This document shows positions 1 to 10,384 of a DNA stretch of 64,000 nt, piece by piece. Source of the DNA: a virus (taxonomy: Duplodnaviria; Heunggongvirae; Uroviricota; Caudoviricetes); IMG/VR virus record IMGVR_UViG_3300011338_000526; one strand, given 5' to 3'. The position numbers and the translations under genes are program-made. The notes below the pieces were generated by a model. The model saw nothing but the letters and a program-made list of their open reading frames with translations. It had not been told where the DNA came from and made no database searches. Position 1 is the first letter of the stretch. Each line of letters begins with the position of its first letter.

Positions 1-1
1 G

Positions 2-1408
2 CAAGCTGAGTATGCAAAGCATAAGGATGCTGCTACAGAGGCATACAAGAGCACGGGCAGTGATGTACTTGAGGCTCTTAGCAAACATGACGCGACGATC
101 AAGCCATACATCAATCAAACTGTAAGAGATGGGACGACTCCGAACGCTAAAGATTACACAAAGTATCTACAGGACAAGCGAGACAAGGAAACGTCAAAGC
201 TAAAGACCGAGACTGCTAAGCAAAAGAAAGCCGATCAATATAACACGCTGATTGATGACATTGAAGGTAATCAAAGGCAATATAAGTCAGCTTTCGAGCT
301 TCATCATCACCTACAAAAAGCCAAGGATGTTCTCGTTAACGCTCTTGGCAATCCGACTGACTTTGAACACACAGTCGGCGGTAAGCAAGTCAAGCCGGAA
401 GGGTTTGTTTCGATTAGAGACGGCAAGCCAACAAAGCTGGTTGACAGAGCCGAATTCAGCCGCTTAAACTTCGCCAATAACAGAGGCAAGGCTGAGCCAG
501 ATGCTACTCCGCCAGCTGATGATGAAGTGCATCATGTGTTCGCTTTCGGTAGAATGAATCCGCCAACGATTGGTCATGCTGCGCTTGTTGACAAGGTTAA
601 GGAGCTAGCTGCAGCCAAGAAGGCTGGTCACTCTATTGTAATCTCTCACTCTCAAGACCCAGAGAAGAATCCGCTATCAGCTGAGCAGAAGCTTAAGCAT
701 GCGAAGAGAATGTTCCCGTCAACGAATATCACAACAGCGACAGATGAAGCTCCTACATTCATTCATCAGCTAAAGAAGCTGCATCAGAAAGGTGTTACCA
801 ACGCAACGATGGTAGCTGGTTCCGATCGAGTTGATGAGTATAAGAAGCTACTGGACAAATACAACGGTCCCGGTGGCGAGTTCAACTTCAAAAAGATCGA
901 CGTCGTATCAGCCGGAGAGCGCGATCCTGATGCCGAGGGCGTGAGCGGTATGTCAGCATCTAAGATGCGCGCGCATGCTATAACAAATAAGTTCTCCGAG
1001 TTCAAGAAGGGTATTCCTGCGCATGTTCATCCGGAACACGCCAAGGAACTGTTCAACGACGTTCGTAAAGGAATGGACATTCATATCGGTCCAGAGACTT
1101 CAGGTATCTCCCTTGCTCGCTATGCAAAGCGCAATGATCCTATTGGCGTGAAGGCTCGAGCAGAGCAGCAAAGAAGAACGACGACGAAAAAAGTCGCACC
1201 AAAGAAAAAGGTTGTGAAGGAAGAAGTCACAACAGCTGATGTTCGCGGAATGGGCTACGCGTCTGGCAATCCGGATATTAAAGATGATGCTATTCAAAAT
1301 TACCATAATACGAACGTATCCATGGCTGATACGCACAATGATCTACTAAACAAGGTTTTGCATAAGATGTATCTTGCGCGCAATTCTACGCTCGGAGGGT
1401 CTAGATAA
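2..1408 (+). CDS. 5'-partial ORF: K/D-rich N-terminal region fused to a cytidylyltransferase-like (NMN-adenylyltransferase-like) nucleotidyltransferase domain
   Basis: Frame 2 is open from the window edge into the 527..1408 ORF, so the gene starts upstream. Motif FGRMNPPTIGH (HxGH-type) matches NadM/NMNAT-family cytidylyltransferase fold. Confidence 0.5.
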   Translation, partial: QAEYAKHKDAATEAYKSTGSDVLEALSKHDATIKPYINQTVRDGTTPNAKDYTKYLQDKRDKETSKLKTETAKQKKADQYNTLIDDIEGNQRQYKSAFELHHHLQKAKDVLVNALGNPTDFEHTVGGKQVKPEGFVSIRDGKPTKLVDRAEFSRLNFANNRGKAEPDATPPADDEVHHVFAFGRMNPPTIGHAALVDKVKELAAAKKAGHSIVISHSQDPEKNPLSAEQKLKHAKRMFPSTNITTATDEAPTFIHQLKKLHQKGVTNATMVAGSDRVDEYKKLLDKYNGPGGEFNFKKIDVVSAGERDPDAEGVSGMSASKMRAHAITNKFSEFKKGIPAHVHPEHAKELFNDVRKGMDIHIGPETSGISLARYAKRNDPIGVKARAEQQRRTTTKKVAPKKKVVKEEVTTADVRGMGYASGNPDIKDDAIQNYHNTNVSMADTHNDLLNKVLHKMYLARNSTLGGSR

Positions 1409-1409
1409 T

Positions 1410-2096
1410 ATGCTCTATGAAGTCAGACTAAGAACCGATATCTCGAAAAAGGCGACTGGATTCGCACACAAGAAGTTTTTGAACAAGCCAATCGAAAGCG
1501 TTCAGCGAGATTTCAACAAGACCGCCAACAAAAAACTAAAACATCACTCGACGATGGAGGACGGCAGACACGTCTACACTGGAATCGACAACGATGGCCA
1601 TCATCACTTCATGACAACCAATCATGAAGGTAAAGTAGACTCTTCTGTGTCAGCAATCAAGAGAGGTAAGGCTCATGATATTGATATGGCTGTTGCTAAT
1701 CCTGGTACTGGTGTCCATAAGCTATATCATCATCTCATAACAAAGCATGATCACATCTTGACTTCCAAGGAACAATCTCCTGGAGGTGTTGCGATCTGGA
1801 AAAAGATGCGCAAGATGGGCGGCGTCAACATTCATGGATACCACAAGCGAGCAGGTCAAGGCGAAGGAATAGATATCATAAAGCATCCAGAAGATGCGTA
1901 TGTCACAGACAAAGAGAAGCGCGACTTCTTGAAGACCAAAGGCGGAAGTAGAGCTCTCCGTAAGTCAGAGTATGCTCATCTCAAGAAGCAGCAGGACATG
2001 ATTGTCGTCGCTCATAAGAACAAAAACATTCGACCTATGAAGGAAAGCGCCACTGCAACGCTTCTTCGGGTCATCAGAGAATCGAAGGAAAACTGA
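1410..2096 (+). CDS. His-rich hypothetical protein
   Basis: ORF with GGAGGG 10 nt upstream of ATG 1410. His clusters (HHHFMTTNH, HKLYHHLITKHDH). The 1374 start would overlap the previous gene by 35 nt. Confidence 0.5.
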   Translation: MLYEVRLRTDISKKATGFAHKKFLNKPIESVQRDFNKTANKKLKHHSTMEDGRHVYTGIDNDGHHHFMTTNHEGKVDSSVSAIKRGKAHDIDMAVANPGTGVHKLYHHLITKHDHILTSKEQSPGGVAIWKKMRKMGGVNIHGYHKRAGQGEGIDIIKHPEDAYVTDKEKRDFLKTKGGSRALRKSEYAHLKKQQDMIVVAHKNKNIRPMKESATATLLRVIRESKEN

Positions 2097-2099
2097 CCC

Positions 2100-3425
2100 A
2101 TGGCTCAGTTTAGAAAAGACACGCACCAATACCTCAATGACGGAAAGACCATCTTCGAAGTCGTGATGCTTGCCGACCAATACGGAAGCCTTGTAGGTCC
2201 GGCAAACCCATCAGGAACAGCGGTCGATGCTTTCGGGCGCGCGAGAGTATCAATGCCTCTTACATTGTTTGATTCGTCGCACCGTTATAAGGACAATGGT
2301 CTTTGGTCAACATCAAACACCCCAGGCACAACATACACACATAACGCAAATGCTGGTTTGATGGAGTTGAATATTCCCACTACAAACAATGCGGAAATCG
2401 TGCGCGAGACAACAAAGGTCTTTTCATACCAACCTGGCAAATCCCTTCAGATTCTGAGCACATTTGTAATGAATCCAGCAAAGACAGGATTGAGGCAGAG
2501 AGTTGGTTACTTTGGCGCGCAGAACGGTGTATATCTAGAGCTTGATAGTACTACTGATGGTTCAACCCTCAACTTCGTTGAGAGGTCATTTGTAACTGGT
2601 GTTATGACTGAGACTAGAGTAGCGCAGGCTAACTGGAATAAAGATACACTTCTCGGCAATGTCAGTTCTAGTCCTTCTGGCATTACACTAGACATTTCAA
2701 AAGCTCAAATCATGTTCGCGGACATCGAGTGGCTGGGTCTCGGTACTGTGCGCTGCGGGTTTGTTATCAATGGACAGCTAATCCACTGCCACTCGTTCCA
2801 CCACGCCAATCTTATTCAATCAACATACATGACAACGGCAAGTCTACCACTGAGGTATGAAATTAAGAACAACGCTACTACAGCTAGTGCTAGCACAATG
2901 AAGCAGGTTTGCTCGACTGTTATTTCTGAAGGCGGTTACGAGCTGCGCGGCGATCAGTGGTCTATTGGCACACCTGTTCAAACACCCAAGATAATGACCA
3001 CAGCAGGCACATATTACCCGATTGTTTCTCTTCAATTGAAGTCAACAAATCTCGACGCTGTTGTTATTTTGACTGCACTGTCCATTCTAGGTGTTCATAA
3101 CAACGCTGCGAGCGTCGCATGGAGAGTTGTGAGAGGAGGCACATTAACGTCACCTTCTTGGCAGCCTGGAAGCGGTAATAGCTCCGTAGAATATGACTTG
3201 TCCGCTACGGCAATAAGCGGAGGGCAGGTTTTGGCGTTTGGTTATTTGAGCATCACAAACCAAGCCTCGCAGGGAATCGATATTTTGAAAGAGGCTCTGT
3301 TCAAGTTTCAGCTGCAGCGAAATGGTCTGACAAACACGCCCGAGCCAATAACAATCGCCATGTCAGCATCTGTTAATGGTGTTGGCGCACTTGCTTCCAT
3401 GGACTGGGAAGAAGTCACTAGGTAA
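2100..3425 (+). CDS. beta-rich virion structural protein (putative)
   Basis: 441-aa S/T/N-rich ORF tightly packed in late-promoter-bearing structural block. N-terminal motif DAFGRARVSMPLTLFD. Confidence 0.4.
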   Translation: MAQFRKDTHQYLNDGKTIFEVVMLADQYGSLVGPANPSGTAVDAFGRARVSMPLTLFDSSHRYKDNGLWSTSNTPGTTYTHNANAGLMELNIPTTNNAEIVRETTKVFSYQPGKSLQILSTFVMNPAKTGLRQRVGYFGAQNGVYLELDSTTDGSTLNFVERSFVTGVMTETRVAQANWNKDTLLGNVSSSPSGITLDISKAQIMFADIEWLGLGTVRCGFVINGQLIHCHSFHHANLIQSTYMTTASLPLRYEIKNNATTASASTMKQVCSTVISEGGYELRGDQWSIGTPVQTPKIMTTAGTYYPIVSLQLKSTNLDAVVILTALSILGVHNNAASVAWRVVRGGTLTSPSWQPGSGNSSVEYDLSATAISGGQVLAFGYLSITNQASQGIDILKEALFKFQLQRNGLTNTPEPITIAMSASVNGVGALASMDWEEVTR

Positions 3426-3431
3426 ATGTTT

Positions 3432-3439
3432 TTATAAAT
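3432..3439 (+). promoter_or_regulatory. T4-type late promoter TATAAATA
   Basis: Exact TATAAATA 23 nt upstream of ATG 3462. Confidence 0.45.
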
Positions 3440-3461
3440 AGCCCATATTAGAGGACCAATC

Positions 3462-4055
3462 ATGTCTGACATAGAAGAGAATAAAAAGCTACCAGGATTG
3501 TGGGCAAACATCCACGCCAAGAGAAAGCGCATTGCATCTGGTTCGGGCGAGCGCATGCGCAAGCCAGGAGCTCCTGGCGCGCCAACCGATGCCGCGCTCA
3601 AGGCATCTCAAACGGAAGCGGCTGAACCGCATTCAACTGACATGAATAAGCCATCATCAAGATTTGATGGGTCAAAGGAGTTGGTCGCCACTTACAAGAA
3701 AGCGACTCCGGGAGAAAGTAGAGCCTTCAAGGCTGTAAAGGAAGTCGTTCGCGAAGCTCTAGGTGATTGCCCATGCGGAGGCGATTGCGGTTGCGGCGGA
3801 TCAAAAAAGATTGATGAGGCTGAATATCAGGGTCGCAAGGTCCAACTTGGTAAGCCTATGGCTGGCGACGTAAAGAAGTCAAAGGTGTTCGTCAAGAACG
3901 AAAAGGGTAGCGTTGTCAAGGTCAATTTCGGCGACAAGAATATGACGATCAAGAAGAATATTCCGGCGCGTAGAAAGAGCTTCAGAGCAAGACACGGCTG
4001 CGATAATCCTGGTCCGAGAACAAAGGCTAGATACTGGAGCTGCAAAGCGTGGTAA
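3462..4055 (+). CDS. basic Lys-rich protein with CPCGGDCGCGG Cys cluster
   Basis: 197-aa ORF after late promoter. Cys cluster and basic C-terminus. Confidence 0.5.
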   Translation: MSDIEENKKLPGLWANIHAKRKRIASGSGERMRKPGAPGAPTDAALKASQTEAAEPHSTDMNKPSSRFDGSKELVATYKKATPGESRAFKAVKEVVREALGDCPCGGDCGCGGSKKIDEAEYQGRKVQLGKPMAGDVKKSKVFVKNEKGSVVKVNFGDKNMTIKKNIPARRKSFRARHGCDNPGPRTKARYWSCKAW

Positions 4056-4082
4056 TCTCATTTCAAAACGGAGTAATAGAAA

Positions 4083-4517
4083 ATGGATGATTTGATTCAA
4101 CAGATGAAGGCTTGCCTTGCCAGCACATTTGCTTTTTATCTTAAGGCGCAAAACTTCCACTGGAACATTGAGGGACCTAACTTCCCGCAGTATCATGAGC
4201 TGTTCTCCAATGTTTATGAGGATGCGTTTGGCGCTGTTGATGCTATCGCCGAGCAAATCAGAACGCTTGATGCATACGCTCCTGGATCTATGTCTAGGTT
4301 CTTGACTCTTTCGATCATTGACGAGCAGCTGAACATTCCAGAAGCTAAGAAGATGGTTTCCGAGCTTGAGTCTGACAATAAGAATCTGATCAATTTGCTC
4401 GCCAAGACATACGCTCTAGCCGAAAAGTATAACAGACTGGCGATTTCAAATTTCCTGCAGGACCGTATTCAAGCTCACGAAAAGCAAGGTTGGATGTTGA
4501 GAGCAACGAGCAAGTAA
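4083..4517 (+). CDS. Dps-like ferritin-fold protein
   Basis: FYLKAQNFHWNIEGPNFPQYHELFSNVYEDAFGAVDAIAEQIRTLDAYA aligns with the Dps signature (KQAHWNMRGANFIAVHEM...DTMAERAVQLGG). Confidence 0.65.
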   Translation: MDDLIQQMKACLASTFAFYLKAQNFHWNIEGPNFPQYHELFSNVYEDAFGAVDAIAEQIRTLDAYAPGSMSRFLTLSIIDEQLNIPEAKKMVSELESDNKNLINLLAKTYALAEKYNRLAISNFLQDRIQAHEKQGWMLRATSK

Positions 4518-6578
4518 ATGAGAGACATTAGGGCGATCCTTGAAGGTATTGTAAGTCAATCCAAACCAATGGGTTCGGGCAGCGCAGCCTTCAGACATAG
4601 TTCGTCATCTGGCGCCAAAGGTCCGGAACATGGGATTGATGTTGGCGCTCATAGAAATTACGACCATGAAGTTAGAGCAAAAAATAAGAGTCTTGACGAC
4701 GCCAAGAAGCGCGAACAGACCGTCGAGAAACGTAATAGAGAAGCTGAACAGCGCCAAAAGGAAACCGCAAAAATGGCTAAGGAAGAAACAGTAACAGAAG
4801 CAAAGAAGTTTGTGTTTGACAAGCCTCAATCTCATATGGTCAAGGCTTACGACAAGCGCGACACTTCTGACTTACATGATATGCACAAGAGATGGTCTGC
4901 AGATCATTCGAAGCCAAAGAACAATCCTGAGACAAGCGAGAAGCTTCTAGCAGTTCACCATGTGCTGAAGAGTCGTGGCGAGAACGTTGGTGAGCTTCCA
5001 AAGCACAAGAACCTCGGATTGACTATGCATGAAGAGACCGTCAATGAAATTTTTGGTTTCGGCAAAAAGAAAAGCGAGCCCGAGCAAAGTTTACACAACA
5101 AAGATCTACCGAGACATCCGGACAATAATAAAGCTAAAGAATGGATGACGTCTAGACTTAATCATGCATTGAAGCACGCGCCAGATAAAGCACATCTTTT
5201 GTTTTCCCCGGCGTCGGGAGATTATATGCCTTTAAATGTTCATGTAGGTTCTAGCTGGAAAAAAGAGCACGAAGATCATTACAGAGAACTAAAAAAGAAG
5301 CACCCCGATCTGGTTCAAAAAGCAAAGAAAGATATGGAAACCAATGGTCCTTACTCGCAATCGAGAGTGGGCGATCACCAAGATTACCACGGCGTAAAAT
5401 TACGAGAAGAGACAAACTCAGAAAAGCGCATGACAATCAAGAACGTTGCTCGTCCTAACGATGCTGCTCCTACATCAGAAAAATCAACGCTGGCAAAGAC
5501 TGGCGAAATCAAAACAAAAATCGTAGAGGAAAAACCAACAATGTCTATGCCAAACTTCGGGCTTTCACAAAGCCTGATCAACGCTGCTCGTCAGATTGTC
5601 GAGAAGAAGCAAGAAGACGATGGCGTTGACGCCAAGAAGATGACTGGCGGAAATACTGTTGTTGATACAGATCCAGAAACTAACGATAAGGTCGAAGACG
5701 CCGATAGCAAGCCAGCAAAGAAGAAGTCCCACACGGTTCCAAAGACCGATAAGGAAAAGAAGCTTGCAGCTCTTGCTTCGCCAAAAGACAAGATCACACA
5801 CAAGGATGTGATGGTTGGTCGCGGCGTTGTTAGAAAGGAAGAAGTTGAGCTTTCAGCTGAAGAAATTGCGCGCATTGAAGCCATTGCCGCTCAACTCGAT
5901 GAAGCCAAGCCAACAATGGTATCTTCTCCCATTCGTGGTGCAAATCAGGACCAGAGCGGCTTTGGTACCAAGGGCTCAACAGCTGACTACACGATCTCTG
6001 ATTCCAAGAAGATGAAGGAAGAACTTTCATCAAAGGAAAAGATGAAGCGCGGAATGTACAACAAGGAAGAAGTTGAGCTTGAAGAAGCTTCAATGTCTAG
6101 TGGTCAGAAAACGGCATATAGAATGGGCATGACACATGGCGCGAAGGGCGCGAAGAAGATCGACGCTTCAAAGTCGTTCGGACCCCATGCTGATTATTAC
6201 CACAGAGGATATACTCAGGGTAAAGATAGCGAAGAATGGCACGAAAAACAGCGCGCGCGCAAGGAAGAAGTTGAGCTTGAAGAGGGTCGTGGTCGCCCAA
6301 GAAAGAATCCACTTCCACCTGGCAAGCAAGCAGAGGAAGGTGACGACACGCACAAGCATCCAATGCAGCAGCTAGAGAAGATTGCTCACTCCGTTGAAGG
6401 CAATGAGCCGCACTTCGAGCACAAGGATGGATCAAAGACTAAGGTTGGCAAGAACCTCGCCAGACACATGGTTGTGACTCATAACTCGATGAAGACAACT
6501 CAGGAAAAGAACAACTTCGCCGACAAGCTGCATGCTAATCGCGACTCAATGAGATCAGAGATGGGCAAGCACTTCTAA
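4518..6578 (+). CDS. highly charged K/E-rich protein with KEEVELEE repeats
   Basis: 686 aa. Three copies of aaggaagaagttgagctt (5834, 6062, 6260). Low-complexity charged sequence. Confidence 0.55.
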   Translation: MRDIRAILEGIVSQSKPMGSGSAAFRHSSSSGAKGPEHGIDVGAHRNYDHEVRAKNKSLDDAKKREQTVEKRNREAEQRQKETAKMAKEETVTEAKKFVFDKPQSHMVKAYDKRDTSDLHDMHKRWSADHSKPKNNPETSEKLLAVHHVLKSRGENVGELPKHKNLGLTMHEETVNEIFGFGKKKSEPEQSLHNKDLPRHPDNNKAKEWMTSRLNHALKHAPDKAHLLFSPASGDYMPLNVHVGSSWKKEHEDHYRELKKKHPDLVQKAKKDMETNGPYSQSRVGDHQDYHGVKLREETNSEKRMTIKNVARPNDAAPTSEKSTLAKTGEIKTKIVEEKPTMSMPNFGLSQSLINAARQIVEKKQEDDGVDAKKMTGGNTVVDTDPETNDKVEDADSKPAKKKSHTVPKTDKEKKLAALASPKDKITHKDVMVGRGVVRKEEVELSAEEIARIEAIAAQLDEAKPTMVSSPIRGANQDQSGFGTKGSTADYTISDSKKMKEELSSKEKMKRGMYNKEEVELEEASMSSGQKTAYRMGMTHGAKGAKKIDASKSFGPHADYYHRGYTQGKDSEEWHEKQRARKEEVELEEGRGRPRKNPLPPGKQAEEGDDTHKHPMQQLEKIAHSVEGNEPHFEHKDGSKTKVGKNLARHMVVTHNSMKTTQEKNNFADKLHANRDSMRSEMGKHF

Positions 6579-6591
6579 TAGCGAGTTATTA

Positions 6592-6599
6592 TAAATACA
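6592..6599 (+). promoter_or_regulatory. T4-type late promoter TATAAATA
   Basis: TATAAATA 27 nt upstream of ATG 6626. Confidence 0.45.
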
Positions 6600-6625
6600 A
6601 AAAACCATTTCTAGGAGTAAATCAA

Positions 6626-7597
6626 ATGCCACTATGGGGTAGAAACGACCAAGCTGTTACTGCAAGCAGCATAACAACGAGGGAGTCTTCTAACGGAGCT
6701 CCCATCGGAACGTATACAGCCGTAAAGGCTGGCGGCGGCGCTAATGCGCACTTCGGTAATACATCGTCAGGATCAAGAGCAGCAACGGATGTTGCTATGT
6801 TCAACAATGCAACGCCAAACGCATTCCTATCCGGACAAGCAGTGGGCGTGTTCGGTCTTGATGCAAGCGAAACTGCGATATCTTCGGGCAATCTAGCATT
6901 CGGTAGAGTAACTTTCGGCGGATCTGGATATAGCGCCAACGCTACTGTTACGATTGTACCGACAAATAGCGGAACAAGCGGCGGAGCTGCAAACGCTTTC
7001 GCTAATACTACAGCAGGTGTTGGCGGTCACATCGATGAAATTAGAATCTCCGCGCCAGGGTCAGGTTATATCACAAACCCAACAATTACTATTTCAGCAC
7101 CAACACCATTAAACATCACAGCCAATACAACTGGTGTAAACAACACTGCTGATGTTCTGCTTCTAGCTACAGCAAACTCGCGTTTCCAGGCAGGCGATAG
7201 ATTGTTCTATGGAGTGCCAACTGGCAATACAGCAATTCCGAATCTTGTCGGAAACACATTTTACTTCGTAACGTTTGCTAACACAACGTCATTTGCGCTG
7301 TCGACAACTCCAGGCGGACCGAATGTAGATATTGCCACAACGGTTGCAGTTACGGGTGAAACACACACAGTTACGGGCGAAACCGCTACTGGTGTGATTG
7401 TCACCAATGGTGCAAAGAACAAGGGTGTTGCCCATGCTGGCTGGGTTATCAGAAAAGAAGGTACTGGCGGACGCGCAGGTCGCGTTCAGTATGAAACTCT
7501 AGTAGCCATGGGATCTCTTGGTCAGCAAGGTGCTGCATACGGCACCGCAGCAACGGTTGCTGACTCGGCGGGCGATGATGCAGTTCACCTTCCTTAA
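6626..7597 (+). CDS. Gly/Thr/Ala/Asn-rich fiber-like structural protein
   Basis: 323-aa low-complexity beta-rich composition after late promoter. Confidence 0.5.
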   Translation: MPLWGRNDQAVTASSITTRESSNGAPIGTYTAVKAGGGANAHFGNTSSGSRAATDVAMFNNATPNAFLSGQAVGVFGLDASETAISSGNLAFGRVTFGGSGYSANATVTIVPTNSGTSGGAANAFANTTAGVGGHIDEIRISAPGSGYITNPTITISAPTPLNITANTTGVNNTADVLLLATANSRFQAGDRLFYGVPTGNTAIPNLVGNTFYFVTFANTTSFALSTTPGGPNVDIATTVAVTGETHTVTGETATGVIVTNGAKNKGVAHAGWVIRKEGTGGRAGRVQYETLVAMGSLGQQGAAYGTAATVADSAGDDAVHLP

Positions 7598-7629
7598 TAT
7601 TTGATACTACCAACTGAAGGTATTTTAAA

Positions 7630-9603
7630 ATGGCTGATAATGCAAAAAAGATATCTGAACTTCTCGTCGCCAATACTCTATCTGATGAGGATAGAGTATT
7701 GGCGCTTGTCAACCCATCTGGTTCAGCCAATACTCGAACAATTACGCTAGAAAATTTCACCAAGTCACTAACCAGACCCGTGACGGTAGTTACAAATACA
7801 TCGTTTACAGCTAATTCTTCACATGACATTTTAATTTGTCGACCTACTGAAAATTCAACTATTATCTTTCCTGCCGCGTCTGCTAATGGAAAATCATACA
7901 CAGTAAAGTATGCAAATGGTGCTGGTACTATTACGGTCCAGTCAAATACGGCTGGCAGATTAGAAAATCCTTCGACTGGTGCACTGGGCGATACATATGT
8001 TCTGACAACAGGGCAAGCTCATTCCTGGGCTTACAACAATGGTTTTTATCTCTATCTAGGCACACCATCAGCAGCAGTAACAGATGGGCTTGCCAATTCC
8101 GCAGCACATATAGCCAATACTAGTAATCCGCACGCGGTGACTGCGGCGCAAGTGGGAGCTATGCCGGTATATACAACCCGCGCTGCCGCTATTGCAGCGA
8201 ACATTCCTGCGATTGTAACCACGTTGCGTCTACTCGGCTACTACACTGCCGGAGACCTCGGTGGCGCCATGTATGTGCGGCGCGGTTCTCAGCCAGCACA
8301 TGCACTTTGGTTTCGGAGTGTAGACGGAGCGTGGTGGGAGATTAACGAACCGCGTGTGACGTCACGCATGGCGGGCTGCCGCCACGTCGAAGATGGATCG
8401 TTCAACGACACGCAAGCTTGGCGTGACCTGATGGGATATGCGCAGATCACGAGCACGCGCGTGGTATATGCCAGCCCAGGCGGCAGCTATGTGACGGGGC
8501 GTATTACAATTCCCAGGGACTGTAAGCTGGTAGCTGAGCCTGGTGGATGGATGTATGGTCGCTGGCCAGCTGGTAAGTCAATTTCGTGGATTTATGCCTA
8601 CCCTGGTGCGTTTCCAACAAGTGAAGGGGCAATTGTAAACGTAGAAAGCAACGCTGTTCTTGAAGGGCTTTTGATTGCCGGAATCACTGATGTAGATTGT
8701 ATCCGTCTGCAGACCTGGGACGGCACCGCTTGGGTGCGAAGCGATATGCCGTCTTTGTATCGTATCCAGACGATTGGCGGACGATATGGCATCAATTCCA
8801 CAGCGCTAAACGCGCGCGTGTTTGACGTACTTTCCGTTGCTGGTGGCCAAGTAACTTCGGCGATCGGAAACGAAGCATGTATGTTCTTCGGCGGAAGCGA
8901 TCTAGAAGCCGCCAACCTCGTAGGCGCATCAGGCTCTTACAACGGGCTTTCTTTCGTCGGTATTCGTCACATGGTTAAGGGCGCTATTGGTGAATGGTGT
9001 GGAACTGGCGGTTTCAATCTTTTTCAGTGCACTGCCTGCGATTTTTCCGATATAAATGTTGACCGTATTGGCGGACCTGGAGTCTCGCTCAATAATGTCG
9101 CGTCGACTCGCCTCCAAGTTCGTGTAAGGCGTTCTGCTATTTCTTATAGTAGCGCGAACCTACGCTTTGACGGACCTGTAAATCAAAGCTTGATTGAATA
9201 CTTCGGCGAAACGACCGGAATTGATGACAGCGGGCGATATAATGCCTATTTCAATATTGGTACAACACCGACTAACACATTCAACATTTCGACTCTAACA
9301 GATTATACCGACGCAGCGAGTCTTCTTGTGCTGGAAAACGGCGTTCCTTTGGTAGCTAGCACTGACTATACGCTTAGTGGTGCTACGGTAACTACAACAT
9401 CAAATAAATCCAACTGCATCATTCAGATTTTGGTGCGCTCGTTTGCAGCGCCCACAGTCGCGTTCGCTGTTACCGCATCAGGTGCACTGTTCTCCAGCAC
9501 AACAGTGCGTGGTCGACAGGACGGAGGCAAGGGCGGCATCGGCGGGGGGCTTTATCTCGACAACAACACGCAGACGGCTATTGCGCCTATTAGGGTAACA
9601 TAA
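7630..9603 (+). CDS. tail fiber / tailspike-like protein
   Basis: 657 aa, S/T/G/N-rich with beta-helix-like repeats. Adjacent to fiber-like gene. Confidence 0.5.
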   Translation: MADNAKKISELLVANTLSDEDRVLALVNPSGSANTRTITLENFTKSLTRPVTVVTNTSFTANSSHDILICRPTENSTIIFPAASANGKSYTVKYANGAGTITVQSNTAGRLENPSTGALGDTYVLTTGQAHSWAYNNGFYLYLGTPSAAVTDGLANSAAHIANTSNPHAVTAAQVGAMPVYTTRAAAIAANIPAIVTTLRLLGYYTAGDLGGAMYVRRGSQPAHALWFRSVDGAWWEINEPRVTSRMAGCRHVEDGSFNDTQAWRDLMGYAQITSTRVVYASPGGSYVTGRITIPRDCKLVAEPGGWMYGRWPAGKSISWIYAYPGAFPTSEGAIVNVESNAVLEGLLIAGITDVDCIRLQTWDGTAWVRSDMPSLYRIQTIGGRYGINSTALNARVFDVLSVAGGQVTSAIGNEACMFFGGSDLEAANLVGASGSYNGLSFVGIRHMVKGAIGEWCGTGGFNLFQCTACDFSDINVDRIGGPGVSLNNVASTRLQVRVRRSAISYSSANLRFDGPVNQSLIEYFGETTGIDDSGRYNAYFNIGTTPTNTFNISTLTDYTDAASLLVLENGVPLVASTDYTLSGATVTTTSNKSNCIIQILVRSFAAPTVAFAVTASGALFSSTTVRGRQDGGKGGIGGGLYLDNNTQTAIAPIRVT

Positions 9604-9604
9604 C

Positions 9605-9934
9605 ATGGCATTACTTGGAGAAATCATTGTTCCTGTTCATCTGGGAGACCGCGTTGAATCTGTGCGGCTTGCATATGGTGCTACCTATTGGCGAGTGGCT
9701 GAAGTAAAGCTATCGCCTATCCCCGGTCATGTAGAGGCTGTGCTATGGGCTTACCCGGACGCGGAGATGCGGCTTGCAGGAGGTCCGGCGACCGGAGAGC
9801 GATCCATCCATGTGCCGCGTAGCGCGCTAGGACAAGACTGGACTGAGCCAACGTTACCATCTGCGCGCGAAGTCTATATAGCTCTTATGTCCATGGGACG
9901 CTCGGATCTAGTTGGTCTAATGCCTGATGAATAA
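9605..9934 (+). CDS. hypothetical protein
   Basis: ORF with overlapping start (TAACATG). Confidence 0.45.
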   Translation: MALLGEIIVPVHLGDRVESVRLAYGATYWRVAEVKLSPIPGHVEAVLWAYPDAEMRLAGGPATGERSIHVPRSALGQDWTEPTLPSAREVYIALMSMGRSDLVGLMPDE

Positions 9935-9991
9935 GACCTCGTTGAATTAAAAACTTTGCAATAGCGCAATGAAAAATAATGGTGTATTAAA

Positions 9992-10384
9992 TTGGATCAG
10001 TTGACTGATGAAAATTTCTTAGTCTATTGCGCTAAAGTCTACGATAATCCAGGTATGACATCGACCGAAGAGTTCATTGAAGACCTGGATCGTATCAAGT
10101 ACATTAAGAAGTTAATAACACGTTACACAGAAACTGGAGAGTTGAAAGAGCGGTTGATTCTAAACCACTTGATCACTCTCCACAACTGTTTCAACAGTCA
10201 CCTGGCAAAGATTCTCTATTGTAAAGCGGAAAAGCAGTTCGAATACATCAAACCTTTTTTGATTCTAATCAATGCGTTGCCGGAAGAAATAAATAACGTC
10301 GGAAATCATAAGAAAGTCTACACAGACGGCATACCGCTAGACGTCAACATCGTAAAAGCTCTACGGAAGATAAACAATGGATAA
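9992..10384 (+). CDS. hypothetical protein
   Basis: 130-aa ORF. Confidence 0.45.
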   Translation: MDQLTDENFLVYCAKVYDNPGMTSTEEFIEDLDRIKYIKKLITRYTETGELKERLILNHLITLHNCFNSHLAKILYCKAEKQFEYIKPFLILINALPEEINNVGNHKKVYTDGIPLDVNIVKALRKINNG

